From an uncultured Alphaproteobacteria bacterium (GTDB taxonomy: Bacteria; Pseudomonadota; Alphaproteobacteria; CADEGL01): a DNA stretch of 64,000 nucleotides. The translations under genes and the position numbers were made by a program. Below the pieces are notes generated by a model. That model did not search any database. It was not told where the DNA came from and saw nothing but the letters and a program-made list of their open reading frames with translations. Positions 28,344 through 37,760 of this stretch are shown one piece after another. The stretch lies in the NCBI GenBank assembly GCA_902826885.1, contig CADEGL010000008.1:10819-74818 (forward strand), given 5' to 3'. Each line of letters begins with the position of its first letter. Position 1 is the first letter of the stretch.

Positions 28344-29561
28344 CTACACGCCCTCGTACATGCGGCCGGGATTGAACAGGCCGAGCGGATCGAAGCCGGC
28401 CTTCACGCGCTTGGACAAGGCGAACAGGCCGGGCGCACCCGGATCGAAGGGTGCCACGGTCCGCCGCGTTTCTTCCGATGCGCGCACCAGGACCGCATGG
28501 CCGCCGGCTTTGGCCGTCGCCGCGCGCACGATGGCGGCGCCCGCGCCGGAAGGCGCGCCGTTCAGTTCTAACCAGATACGCCCGCCGCCCCAGTCGAAGA
28601 AATAGGAACCGCCGAGGCCATCGGTGATCGCGCGCGCGGTGGCCGCCCCCGCCGTGGGCGGCACGGACAGCCGCCAGAGCGGATGTTCCAGATCGTGGGT
28701 GAACGGCTCGGCGTTCGCGAGCGCGCGCCAGGCCAGTTTCGAATCGGGCGGTGACAAACGCTCTGCCGCGCCGTGAGGCCGCAGCAGCGCGCGTAAGCCT
28801 TCGACCCTCGCTTCGACGGAAGGCTGCGGCCCCTCCAGCCGCAGCAGCGTGGCCGCGCCGTCCGACTGATAGACGACACTGGCTGCGATCCCGTCCGGCA
28901 GATGCGCGGCAGCCGAAACCTCGAAGGCGCTGCCCATCGCATCCGCCATGGCGCGCATCGCGGCCTCGTCGGACAGGCGCGAGAGGGCCAGCGTGGCCTC
29001 CGTCTCCGCCACCGGCAGGACCTTGACCGTCATCTCGGTGAGGAGCGCGAGCGTGCCGTAGGAGCCTGCCAGCAGCTTGCATAGATCGTAGCCGGTCACG
29101 TTCTTGACCACCTGGCCGCCGGCCTTGAAGGTTTCGCCGCGCCCGTTGACCGCGCGGAAGCCGAGAAAATGATCGCGCGCCGCCCCTGCCGAGATGCGGC
29201 GCGAACCCGCGAGATTGGTCGCGACCACGCCTGCGAGCGTCTGCCGCCCAGCCGCACCGCCATAGAGAGGCGCATAATCGGGCGGCTCGAAGGCCAGGCG
29301 TTGGCCCTTCTGCGCCACCAGCCGCTCGATCTCGGCCAAGGGCGTCGCGGCGCCAGCCGTCAATACCAGCTCTTCCGGCTCGTATGTCTTCACGCCTGCA
29401 AGACGCGAAAGGTCGAGCGGCGCATCGGCCGCAACAGGACGCCCCAGGCCGCGCTTGGTGCCCGCGCCGCGCACCTCGAGCGTCTGCTTCTCCGCAATGG
29501 CGGCGCGGACGATTTCGCGGAGTTCGTTTTCATCCGCCGGACGGAGCGCGTTGCCGGACAT
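28344..29561 (-). CDS. glcE: Glycolate oxidase FAD-binding subunit GlcE
   Basis: FAD_binding_4-type N-terminal domain. Operon position between glcD and glcF. The stop abuts the glcF start. Confidence 0.85.
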   Translation of the reverse strand: MSGNALRPADENELREIVRAAIAEKQTLEVRGAGTKRGLGRPVAADAPLDLSRLAGVKTYEPEELVLTAGAATPLAEIERLVAQKGQRLAFEPPDYAPLYGGAAGRQTLAGVVATNLAGSRRISAGAARDHFLGFRAVNGRGETFKAGGQVVKNVTGYDLCKLLAGSYGTLALLTEMTVKVLPVAETEATLALSRLSDEAAMRAMADAMGSAFEVSAAAHLPDGIAASVVYQSDGAATLLRLEGPQPSVEARVEGLRALLRPHGAAERLSPPDSKLAWRALANAEPFTHDLEHPLWRLSVPPTAGAATARAITDGLGGSYFFDWGGGRIWLELNGAPSGAGAAIVRAATAKAGGHAVLVRASEETRRTVAPFDPGAPGLFALSKRVKAGFDPLGLFNPGRMYEGV

Positions 29562-31049
29562 TCAGAAGCGCGGCAAATGCGAGAAGCGTAACTGCCCGGC
29601 ATGGACATGCATCTTGCCGAGCTCCGCGCAGCGGTGAAGCTGGGGGAAAACCTTGCCGGGATTGAGCAGCCCTTCCGGATCGAAGGCGCATTTCACGCGC
29701 TGCTGCTGCTTGAGATCGTCCTCGTCGAACATCGTGCCCATCAGATCGCGCTTCTCGACGCCCACGCCATGCTCGCCGGTCAGCACCCCGCCGACCTCGA
29801 CGCACAGTTTCAGGATATCACCGCCGAACGCCTCGGCTTTCTCCAGCTCGCCCGGCGTGTTGGCGTCGAACAGGATCAAGGGATGCAGATTGCCGTCGCC
29901 CGCGTGGAAGACATTGGCCACGCGCAAACCATATTGGCGCGATAGCTCCGTCATGCGGGTCAGCACCTCCGGCAGGCGCTTCCGGGGAATCGTGCCGTCC
30001 ATGCAGATATAGTCGGGCGAGATGCGTCCCACCGCCGGGAACGCGGCCTTGCGCCCGGCCCAGAAGCGCAGCCGCTCTTCCTCGCTGGTGCTCACACGCA
30101 CCTCGACCGCGCCGCAATCGCGCGCGATGGCTTCCACCCGCTCGACCAGGTAATCGACCTCGGCCTCGGGCCCGTCCAACTCAACAATCAGGATGGCTTC
30201 GACGTCCAAGGGATAGCCGGCGTGGACGAAATCCTCGGTCGCCTTGATCGCAGGGCGGTCCATCATTTCCATGCCGCCCGGGATGACGCCGGCCGCGATC
30301 ACCGCAGCCACGCAATCGCCACCCGCTTCGCTCGACGAGAAGCCCAGCAGCAGGGCGCGCGCCACGGGCGGCTTTTGCAGGATGCGCACCGTCACCTCGG
30401 TGATGACGCCGAGAAGGCCTTCGGAGCCGGTCATGATGCCGAGCAGGTCGTAGCCGTCGGCGTCCAGATGCTTGCCGCCGATACGCAGGATTTCGCCGTC
30501 GAGCGTGACGAATTCGAGCCCCAGCAGATTGTTGGTGGTGACGCCGTACTTCAAGCAATGCACGCCGCCCGAATTCTCCGCCACGTTGCCGCCGATGGTG
30601 CAGGCGATCTGGCTCGACGGATCGGGCGCGTAATAGAAGCCCGCATGTTCGACGGCCTGGGTGATGGCCAGGTTGGTGACGCCCGGCTGCACCACGGTGC
30701 AGCGGTTGGCAAAGTCGATATCGAGAATTTTCTTGAACTTGCCGAGGCCGAGGATGACGCCGTCCTCGATCGGCAAGGCACCGCCGGAAAGCCCGGTGCC
30801 CGCGCCGCGCGGCACGACCTTCACCCCAAGTTCCTTGCAGATCTTGAGAACCGCGGCGACCTGCGCCGTATCCTCGGGCAAAACCACGGCCAAAGGCAGG
30901 GCCTTATAGGCCGTCAGCCCGTCGCAATCGTAGGTGCGGATCGCGTCCAGGTCGGCGATCACCCCCTCGCCCGGCACGGCGTCGCGCAGCCGCGCCACCA
31001 GCGCCGCTTTACGCGCCATCACGGCTTGATCGGGAGGGGGCATCAGCAT
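29562..31049 (-). CDS. glcD: Glycolate oxidase subunit GlcD (FAD-linked oxidase)
   Basis: VVPRGAGTGLSGGALP, plus an FAD-oxidase C-terminal domain. Confidence 0.9.
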   Translation of the reverse strand: MLMPPPDQAVMARKAALVARLRDAVPGEGVIADLDAIRTYDCDGLTAYKALPLAVVLPEDTAQVAAVLKICKELGVKVVPRGAGTGLSGGALPIEDGVILGLGKFKKILDIDFANRCTVVQPGVTNLAITQAVEHAGFYYAPDPSSQIACTIGGNVAENSGGVHCLKYGVTTNNLLGLEFVTLDGEILRIGGKHLDADGYDLLGIMTGSEGLLGVITEVTVRILQKPPVARALLLGFSSSEAGGDCVAAVIAAGVIPGGMEMMDRPAIKATEDFVHAGYPLDVEAILIVELDGPEAEVDYLVERVEAIARDCGAVEVRVSTSEEERLRFWAGRKAAFPAVGRISPDYICMDGTIPRKRLPEVLTRMTELSRQYGLRVANVFHAGDGNLHPLILFDANTPGELEKAEAFGGDILKLCVEVGGVLTGEHGVGVEKRDLMGTMFDEDDLKQQQRVKCAFDPEGLLNPGKVFPQLHRCAELGKMHVHAGQLRFSHLPRF

Positions 31050-31112
31050 GGCGGGATTGTCCGGCCCGTCGCGCGTTCCGTCAATCGAGGCCTGAGCAAC
31101 GCATGGACGGAG

Positions 31113-32051
31113 CTAGTCAATCTGTTTGTGGCTGACGATGTGTTTCAGGCTCGCGATGAAGTTCTCGATCACGGCCGAATGGTCTTTTGCGCGCCAGATC
31201 ATGGCCAAGTTCGTGGCGGTCGAACGTTGCGTCAACTCGACATACGCCACCCCCGGAACGTGCTTAGGGATAGACGCAACGCTCACCAGGCTGACGCCGG
31301 CGCCTTCAGCGACGAGATTGGCGATCAACGTGACGTCCAAAACATCCATTGCGACAAACGGCGCGAACTTGGCTTCTTCAAAGAGGCGGGCAAGCTGCCG
31401 ATGGAAGCCGCTCCAAACGATCAAAGGGGGTAGGATGAAACGCTCCCCTTTCAGCAAAGACAGATCGATCCGGCGCCGGCGTGCCAATCTGTGACCGGCG
31501 GGCAGCAAGGCGACGAGCCGTTTTGACGGCAATTCAAGCTGTCGCAACTCCCGCGTCTCCCGCTCCAAGGGCGCGCTTACAAAAGCCACGTCCAAGGTGT
31601 GATCGATCACGGCGCGGACGAGCTCGGCCGACAGTTCCAGCCGGAGATCGACGGCGACATCGGGGTTCCGGCGCGTGAAATCCGCCACCACGCGCGGCAA
31701 TAGACCGTGATGATAGTCGTAGCTGAAACCGACCGTGATGCGTCCAGCGCTTCCGACAGCGGCTTCTTTGGCGCGCATCGCGCCCAGTTCGAGATGATAA
31801 AGAGCGATCCTAGCCTCCCGAAGGAAGGCCCGCCCCGCGGGCGTGAGTTCGGAGCGACGCTTGCCACGCGAGACAAGTTCCGTACCGAGTTCGCTTTCCA
31901 ATCCTTTGATCTGGAGAGTGAGAGCCGGCTGACTGAGGTTCAGCCGTTGCGCGGCGCGTCCAAAGTGCAGCTCCTCCGAAAGCGCGATAAACGACCGCAG
32001 GCGATCGAGCCGCGCCTGGCGAAGGGGTTTGCTCGCCTTCGTGCCAATCAT
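31113..32051 (-). CDS. LysR-family transcriptional regulator (upstream of glcDEF, divergent from TauD-like gene)
   Basis: HTH FIALSEELHFGRAAQRLNLSQPALTLQIKGLE. Confidence 0.9.
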   Translation of the reverse strand: MIGTKASKPLRQARLDRLRSFIALSEELHFGRAAQRLNLSQPALTLQIKGLESELGTELVSRGKRRSELTPAGRAFLREARIALYHLELGAMRAKEAAVGSAGRITVGFSYDYHHGLLPRVVADFTRRNPDVAVDLRLELSAELVRAVIDHTLDVAFVSAPLERETRELRQLELPSKRLVALLPAGHRLARRRRIDLSLLKGERFILPPLIVWSGFHRQLARLFEEAKFAPFVAMDVLDVTLIANLVAEGAGVSLVSVASIPKHVPGVAYVELTQRSTATNLAMIWRAKDHSAVIENFIASLKHIVSHKQID

Positions 32052-32166
32052 AACAATAATAAATCATAATGATTTTAAGGTTAAAATAGACAATCGTTCC
32101 AGCGCGACCTCACTCTAGGGCCATATTGGGGCGATGCCCTCCGAACATGCACTTCCGGAGACGACC

Positions 32167-33207
32167 ATGCAGAAGACCGACTTGTTCGACCTTTCGCCCG
32201 TGCCGGGCGCCACCTTTGGCGGCGTAGTGCGGTTCAAGGGAGGCGTGGGCGCGCGCGCGGCGACCGAGGCTCTGGAGAAGAACCCGCAGTCTTTGCTCGA
32301 CGCGATCTACGCCTCGGGCGGTTTTCTTCTCATCCCCGGCATGGACGAGATCCTCGACGACCCCAAGCTGATGGTGCGCTTGTCGCAACTGTTCGGGCGA
32401 GAGGTCGAGAACAACCTGACGACCTATTCGGCCGAGAACCGCACGCTCTTCAACGTTCATGAAGAGGTGCCGGAGATCATCATCGTCACCAACGCGCCGC
32501 CCATCAACGATCAGCCGATGACGCGGCCCGAGCCGCCGCTGACCGCGGACGGCAAGTTCCCGACGCGCTTTCCCCATCGCCGCGGCTGGCACACGGACCA
32601 GAGCTTCCGCCGCCCGCCGCCGGATTTCTCCCTGTTCATCGCGGTGCAGCCCACGCCCAAGGGCCAGGGCCAGACGCTTTACGCCGATGCGACCGCCGCC
32701 TACGAGACGTTGCCCGACCATTTGAAGAAGAAGATCGAAGGCTTGGAAGGGCTGCACGCCCTGCCCGGTAACGGCCGCGGCGAGAAGGCCGTGCTGGCGG
32801 GTCAGGCGCCAAAGCCCCTTCTGCCTCACCAGCATTCGCAGAAGCATCCGATCGTGCGTACCCATCCCGTCACCGGAAAGCGCATGCTCTATATCTGCGA
32901 AAGCGGCCAAATGGATTGGGTGGACGGACCCATCGTCGGCATGGAGCCGGGGCCGGGCGGCGAAGGCGGAAAGCTGATCTATGAGCTGATGACCCACATC
33001 ACCCAGGATCGCTACACCTATGTCAGCGACTGGACCAAGGGCGAACTCGTGATCTACGACAACCGCAGCGTCCTGCACGCACCGAGCTGGTACGAGGCAC
33101 ACAAGTATATCCGCATCATGTGGCGCACGACGGTGATGGGAAATCCCGGTCCGGAATACGCGGGCGAGCAGCCGAGCTGGATTCCCCGCACGGCGGCGGC
33201 TGAGTAG
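32167..33207 (+). CDS. TauD/TfdA-family Fe(II)/2OG-dependent dioxygenase
   Basis: RBS GGAGA. WHTDQSF (HxD) motif. ...HAPSWYEAHKYIRIMWRTTV... Confidence 0.85.
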   Translation: MQKTDLFDLSPVPGATFGGVVRFKGGVGARAATEALEKNPQSLLDAIYASGGFLLIPGMDEILDDPKLMVRLSQLFGREVENNLTTYSAENRTLFNVHEEVPEIIIVTNAPPINDQPMTRPEPPLTADGKFPTRFPHRRGWHTDQSFRRPPPDFSLFIAVQPTPKGQGQTLYADATAAYETLPDHLKKKIEGLEGLHALPGNGRGEKAVLAGQAPKPLLPHQHSQKHPIVRTHPVTGKRMLYICESGQMDWVDGPIVGMEPGPGGEGGKLIYELMTHITQDRYTYVSDWTKGELVIYDNRSVLHAPSWYEAHKYIRIMWRTTVMGNPGPEYAGEQPSWIPRTAAAE

Positions 33208-33210
33208 ACC

Positions 33211-34029
33211 TCAGCCGGGCGACGGCGCGCTCAACTCCGCGCTATCGCTCTTGCAGACGCCGACCGAGCGCTGCCAGCAGCGCCGGCCGTCGGTCCATGT
33301 CGCGCCCACCAACACCGCGCCCTCCAGATTGGCGCCATCCAACTTCGCCCCTTTCAGGTTGGCGTTAACCAGATCGGCCTTGCGTAAATCGGCGCCGCTC
33401 AAATCCGCGCCCGACAAGTCGGCATTCACCAGCTTCGCGTCCTGAAGCACGGCATCATTCAGCTTGGCGCCCTGCAGCTGCGCGTCGTTCAAGTTCGCCG
33501 CCGTCAGATCGGCCTTCACGAAATTCGCACCCTTCAGCCGCGCACGCTCTAAGATGGCGCTGGCCAGATCCGCGCCCATAAAGGACGCACCCTCAAAATT
33601 CGAATCATCGAAATGGGAATTTCGAAGCTGCGCGCTGTCCAGGTTCGCGCCCGCGGCGTTGGTGCGCAGGAACACCGCACGCGATAGGTCGGCGCGGGCG
33701 AACCGGGCACCGGTCATCGTGGCGTCGGATGCCGAGATGTGCATGGCCTTGGCATCCTCCGCGCGGACGCCGCTCAAATCCGCGTAGAAGAAGGTCGCCG
33801 CGTAAAGCTTGGCCCCGGTCAGATCGGCCTTCGCCGCGCGGGTCCGGATCAGCATGGCCTCGCGCAAGTCGGCGCCGCTCAATCTGGCGCCGGATAGATC
33901 GGCGTCGCTCTTGTCGCATTTACGCCAATCGACCTTAGGCGCCGCCGCGTCGCCGCACGCCGCGTGCGCGGGCACGGCTGGACAGATGGCCAACCAAAGC
34001 ACGACCCCTGCGGATATCCGAGGGCGCAT
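33211..34029 (-). CDS. Secreted pentapeptide-repeat protein
   Basis: Signal peptide MRPRISAGVVLWLAICPAVPAHA, then about 40 tandem pentapeptide units (ADLSG/ANLKG/AKLDG...). Confidence 0.8.
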   Translation of the reverse strand: MRPRISAGVVLWLAICPAVPAHAACGDAAAPKVDWRKCDKSDADLSGARLSGADLREAMLIRTRAAKADLTGAKLYAATFFYADLSGVRAEDAKAMHISASDATMTGARFARADLSRAVFLRTNAAGANLDSAQLRNSHFDDSNFEGASFMGADLASAILERARLKGANFVKADLTAANLNDAQLQGAKLNDAVLQDAKLVNADLSGADLSGADLRKADLVNANLKGAKLDGANLEGAVLVGATWTDGRRCWQRSVGVCKSDSAELSAPSPG

Positions 34030-34174
34030 GCGAGGATGATACGTTCGCTCTGGGGCTTTTTCCAATCGCGGCCGAATTTGCCGTTGTCGGATTCCCGAGA
34101 TTGGGCTGAAATCCGTACGGTCGAACAGATATCGAGAGGATGAGATCGAGATGACTGCGCCACGAGGATCGAAG

Positions 34175-34651
34175 ATGGTAGCCGGCGCGCTCGCGCTCCT
34201 TCTTACCCTTTCATTACTGCCAGGTTGCGACTCGGTCGAGAAGGAAACCGGCCTCAGCAAAGACACTCAGATCGGCGGCATCAGCGGAGCGGCCGTGGGC
34301 GGCGTGATCGCGGGTCTGGCGGGCGCCAGCCCGGCCTGGATCGCGGGCAGCATCATCCTGGGCGGTATCACCGGCGGCGTGATCGGCGACTATCTGGGCA
34401 AGGAAGACGCCGAGAAGCACGCCAAGACCAATCTGGAGGCGCTCGACAAGCTGGGCCCGGGCAAGACCGCGAGCTGGAAGGACAGCAGTTCGGGCAATTA
34501 CGGCAGTACGACCGTCAACAGCGAGACCAAGAACGCCGACGGCTCGACCTGCAAGACCTTCACGGAAACCATTCATGCTGGCGGTAAGACCACAACCGAG
34601 CATGGCAAGGCCTGCAAGGCTCCCGGCGGCTCGTGGAACGTCGAGCGGTGA
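34175..34651 (+). CDS. Glycine-zipper lipoprotein (17-kDa surface-antigen / SlyB-like)
   Basis: RBS GAGGA. Lipobox LLPGC. Glycine zipper GGISGAAVGGVIAGLAGASPAWIAGSIILGGITGGVIG. Confidence 0.7.
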   Translation: MVAGALALLLTLSLLPGCDSVEKETGLSKDTQIGGISGAAVGGVIAGLAGASPAWIAGSIILGGITGGVIGDYLGKEDAEKHAKTNLEALDKLGPGKTASWKDSSSGNYGSTTVNSETKNADGSTCKTFTETIHAGGKTTTEHGKACKAPGGSWNVER

Positions 34652-34691
34652 TCGCGCCCACGGCCTCGGACGGAGCGGCGGCGCGCCATTC

Positions 34692-35906
34692 TCAGCCTCC
34701 CGCGGCCGGCCGCGCGCCGAACAGGACCGGCGCGTAAAGGATCGCAAACAGCGCGAAGCCGCCAGCCCACAGGACGCCCGCGGCCGACACCGCGAGAACG
34801 TAATCCAGGCCGAGATAGGGCGCCGCGACGCGCAGCGCCGCGCCCGTCCAGATCAGGACATAGATAGATGCCGTTCCCGCGCCCGCGATCAGTTCCCGCC
34901 CGCTATGTCCCAAGCTCGCACGCGTCATCACCGCCATCGTGAGCAGGCCGATCGCGCCCGCCGTCAAGGCATGCAGGGCGGTGGTCGGATCGGCCCATGC
35001 CGGCGCCAACGCCGCGAGCCCCATCAGTAGGAACGCCACGGGCAGCCAAAGATAGGCGACATGCAGGACGACCAGCAGCGGCTCGGCTAACGTCGCCCAG
35101 CCGCGCCAGCGGGCCAGCCGGATGGCGTGCAAGACACCCGCCGCGGCGAACGCCGATCCTGTGACGACGCCATCGGGGACGAAGATCCATGCCAGGACCG
35201 TCAACCCCGTCCACGCCAGCACGGCCTTGTCATACCGGCCGAACGGCGCGGGCAGACGCTCCGCGTGCCGCTTCTTCAGCCAGTTGACGGTGAAAGAAGG
35301 GATGATCCGGCCGCCCACCAAGGCCATCAGCATGACCGCCACGCCAAGGCCCAGGCGCAGGCCAACCCCGGATAGGGACGGCAGGACGGCCTCGGCATGC
35401 CACAGGACGTTGCCGGCCGCGAACAGACTGACAAGCACGCAGACCGGAAGGTTCCGCCAGTTCTTGCCCGTCAGCACTTCGCGCCAGACGAAAGCGGCCA
35501 ATACGATCAGGAACAAGGCATCCGCCGCGGGGGGCCATGCGGAATCCGGATCGTATTGGCCGCCGCACAGCATGGCGACGCGTCCGGCCAGCCATAGGGC
35601 CACGAAAAAGACCAATGGCCGCCCCGCGATGGGCAACCGGCCGGTCCAGTTGGGGATCGCCGTCATCAAGAAGCCGGCGAGAACGGCGCTCAGATAGCCG
35701 TACAGCATCTCATGCGCGTGCCAGCCGAGCGGGTTTCCCGCATGACCGAGCGAAACGCCGTACCCGAACGCCGCGATCCAAGCAGGAACCGCGCCCGCCG
35801 CGAACAACGCCGCGAGGAAAAAGAATGGCCGGTACCCGTGGCTGAGCACCGCCAGGCGTGCGCCGTTTCGCGATCTCTTGCCATCCGGGCTCATCGCACC
35901 GGCCAT
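34692..35906 (-). CDS. nnrS: NnrS-family membrane protein (NO-response, heme/copper)
   Basis: LSHGYRPFFFLAALFA, multi-pass membrane protein of about 400 aa. Adjacent to nsrR. Confidence 0.88.
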   Translation of the reverse strand: MAGAMSPDGKRSRNGARLAVLSHGYRPFFFLAALFAAGAVPAWIAAFGYGVSLGHAGNPLGWHAHEMLYGYLSAVLAGFLMTAIPNWTGRLPIAGRPLVFFVALWLAGRVAMLCGGQYDPDSAWPPAADALFLIVLAAFVWREVLTGKNWRNLPVCVLVSLFAAGNVLWHAEAVLPSLSGVGLRLGLGVAVMLMALVGGRIIPSFTVNWLKKRHAERLPAPFGRYDKAVLAWTGLTVLAWIFVPDGVVTGSAFAAAGVLHAIRLARWRGWATLAEPLLVVLHVAYLWLPVAFLLMGLAALAPAWADPTTALHALTAGAIGLLTMAVMTRASLGHSGRELIAGAGTASIYVLIWTGAALRVAAPYLGLDYVLAVSAAGVLWAGGFALFAILYAPVLFGARPAAGG

Positions 35907-35957
35907 CCTTCCTCGGCGGAGCGCGCACGCCGCTCCGCCGGACTCTTTACCGCGAAA

Positions 35958-36395
35958 CTAACGCGCGGCCGCCACGATGATGCCTATCGCCATCGTGCCC
36001 AAGGCGATGGCGATCGGTAAGACGGCCACCTGCGCCAGCGCGTCCTTGCCGCCCATGTGGCCGGTATAGGTGTCGATTTCGCCGCGCAGGAATTCCGTGA
36101 ACGTCGACTTCTCAACCCAGGACGGCATCCGGCACAGGCGCATGAGCACAAGCGGCAAGGCGAAATACACCGCGAAGAAGACCGTGGCGACGGCGAGAAC
36201 CAACGCCCCCTCCAGATGGAGGCCGAAGACAAGCCAATAGGTCAGCATGAAAACGAACCAGCCCGACATGCTCACGACGAAGACTCCGGGATGCAGATGC
36301 CGGAAGACGGGCAAATTATGCCCAGCCCCGCCAGAGAGGCGATTCATGGCGTTCCGGGCGGCCGTCGATGTCGTGGCGGTCATCGCATCTTCCAT
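35958..36395 (-). CDS. Small integral membrane protein (3-4 TM), hypothetical; start may be at an internal Met (36383 or 36347)
   Basis: Hydrophobic helices. Lies between nnrS and the NsrR operators. The first ATG abuts operator 1. Confidence 0.55.
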   Translation of the reverse strand: MEDAMTATTSTAARNAMNRLSGGAGHNLPVFRHLHPGVFVVSMSGWFVFMLTYWLVFGLHLEGALVLAVATVFFAVYFALPLVLMRLCRMPSWVEKSTFTEFLRGEIDTYTGHMGGKDALAQVAVLPIAIALGTMAIGIIVAAAR

Positions 36396-36418
36396 AAGTG
36401 GTATTTAAAATACCAATT
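36396..36418. promoter_or_regulatory. NsrR-type operator 1 (11-1-11 palindrome)
   Basis: AAGTGGTATTT-A-AAATACCAATT, 10/11 symmetric. Core ATTTnAAAT as in the NsrR consensus AAGATGCATTTnAAATGCATCTT. Confidence 0.5.
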
Positions 36419-36444
36419 ATGACGGTATTGCCCCGGCGCGAAAA

Positions 36445-36467
36445 AAGCAATATTCAAAATACATCTT
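36445..36467. promoter_or_regulatory. NsrR-type operator 2
   Basis: AAGCAATATTC-A-AAATACATCTT. The right half matches the NsrR half-site at 10/11. It sits 12 nt upstream of the nsrR start codon. Confidence 0.5.
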
Positions 36468-36479
36468 TTTGAGGATTTC

Positions 36480-36950
36480 ATGCAGCTCACCTACCATACG
36501 GATTACGCGCTTCGCCTGTTGATGTATCTCGCGCTCGCGGGTAACCGGCGCGCGACGGTGGAGGATGTCGCTACGTCGTTCGGCATCTCCCGGAACCATA
36601 TGATGAAGGTGGCGCATCGGCTGGGGCGGGCCGGCTATGTCGAGACGATCCGGGGGCGAAGTGGCGGCCTTCGCCTAAAGCGCGACGCGGGGAACATCCG
36701 TGTCGGCGCCGTCGTGCGCGACATGGAGGAAGGCTGGCAGATCGTGGAATGTTTCGATTCCGCGCGGAACACATGCGTGATCGCGGGACCCTGCCGGTTG
36801 AAGGGCGTCTTCAAGGAAGCCCTGGCCGCCTATCTGGCGGTGCTCGACCGCTATACGCTCGCCGACCTCATGGCCAATACCGGCCAACTCGGCCGGCGGC
36901 TCGGGCTCGGTTCCGCGCCCGTCCCAAAGGCCGCCGCGCCGGCATTCTGA
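36480..36950 (+). CDS. nsrR: Rrf2-family NO-sensing repressor NsrR
   Basis: MQLTYHTDYALRLLMYLA..., and three cluster-ligand Cys in ECFDSARNTCVIAGPC. RBS GAGGA. Confidence 0.88.
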   Translation: MQLTYHTDYALRLLMYLALAGNRRATVEDVATSFGISRNHMMKVAHRLGRAGYVETIRGRSGGLRLKRDAGNIRVGAVVRDMEEGWQIVECFDSARNTCVIAGPCRLKGVFKEALAAYLAVLDRYTLADLMANTGQLGRRLGLGSAPVPKAAAPAF

Positions 36951-36980
36951 TCGGGGCGCGCAACGGCCACGATCTTCGCC

Positions 36981-37325
36981 TTACTGCCGGTTCGGCAATT
37001 GCCGGTAGGTGCCCGACGCCTTGACGCCGTCGGCACCCTGCACGGTCACGTCGATGCGCTTGGCCTTGAGGTCGGTGCAGCTTCCCGCTTGGCGGATATC
37101 CGCCTCGCGTGCCTTGTCGGTGTCGGTGACGTAGCGGATTTTGATCGGCGCGCCCTCGCCGTGGCAGACGCGATAGAACAACGGTGGAAATCCGTCGCCC
37201 AAGAGAATGGCCGGATTGTTCGGCGTGGCGACCCAAGTGCCGGTTTGCGAATCGGCGGCTTGCGCGGCCGCGTGGCCCCAAGCCAGCGCGAGACCCAAGG
37301 CAAGAAACACGGACCGGTGGATCAT
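36981..37325 (-). CDS. Small secreted hypothetical protein
   Basis: RBS GGGGAGA. Signal peptide MIHRSVFLALGLALAWGHAAAQA. Two Cys. Confidence 0.55.
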   Translation of the reverse strand: MIHRSVFLALGLALAWGHAAAQAADSQTGTWVATPNNPAILLGDGFPPLFYRVCHGEGAPIKIRYVTDTDKAREADIRQAGSCTDLKAKRIDVTVQGADGVKASGTYRQLPNRQ

Positions 37326-37383
37326 GCGGCATCTCCCCGAGGCGAAGCCGCGATTGTGCGAACCGCCCCACGCCGTGGGCAAC

Positions 37384-37414
37384 AAAAAAAGCCGCGCCCC
37401 GGATGGGGCGCGGC
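37384..37414 (-). terminator. Rho-independent terminator downstream of rpmJ
   Basis: On the minus strand, gccgcgcccc-atcc-ggggcgcggc (10-bp stem) is followed by TTTTTTT. Confidence 0.65.
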
Positions 37415-37457
37415 CTCTATTCCATTCGAACGCGGCGCGAAGGCCGCGGCGGCGGCT

Positions 37458-37583
37458 TCAGCCCTGGCGGGCCTTGAAGCGCGGGTTCTTCTTGTTGATG
37501 ACGTAGACGCGGCCGTGGCGGCGCACCACCCGGCAGTTCTTGTCGCGCTTCTTCATCGTCTTCAACGAATTCAGGACCTTCAT
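37458..37583 (-). CDS. rpmJ: 50S ribosomal protein L36 (Cys-less alphaproteobacterial type)
   Basis: Translated by hand: [41 protein letters not shown] (41 aa). RBS GAGGA. It is below the ORF-track size cutoff. Confidence 0.85.
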   Translation of the reverse strand: MKVLNSLKTMKKRDKNCRVVRRHGRVYVINKKNPRFKARQG

Positions 37584-37760
37584 GGCGCAATCCTCGTTCC
37601 CGGCCCGACCGTTTCGGGCCCGCGCGTCAAAAACGCGATCATCGGAAGGCGCGGACCATAGGGGCGGCCCGAAAGCTTGTCAACCGCGGAGCGGCCAGGT
37701 CCGATAAACATAACCTATTGATCTATAAAATATATTTCCCGATTAACGCAACCGGCCGGA

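Noticed and set aside
27124-28605. 493-aa plus-strand ORF
   Set aside because: It is antisense to glcF.
30222-31433. 403-aa plus-strand ORF
   Set aside because: It is antisense to glcD and the LysR gene.
36993-37004. Perfect 12-bp palindrome CGGCAATTGCCG
   Set aside because: It lies inside the 3' coding region of the secreted-protein gene, where it encodes RQLP. It has no U-run and is not at an intergenic position.
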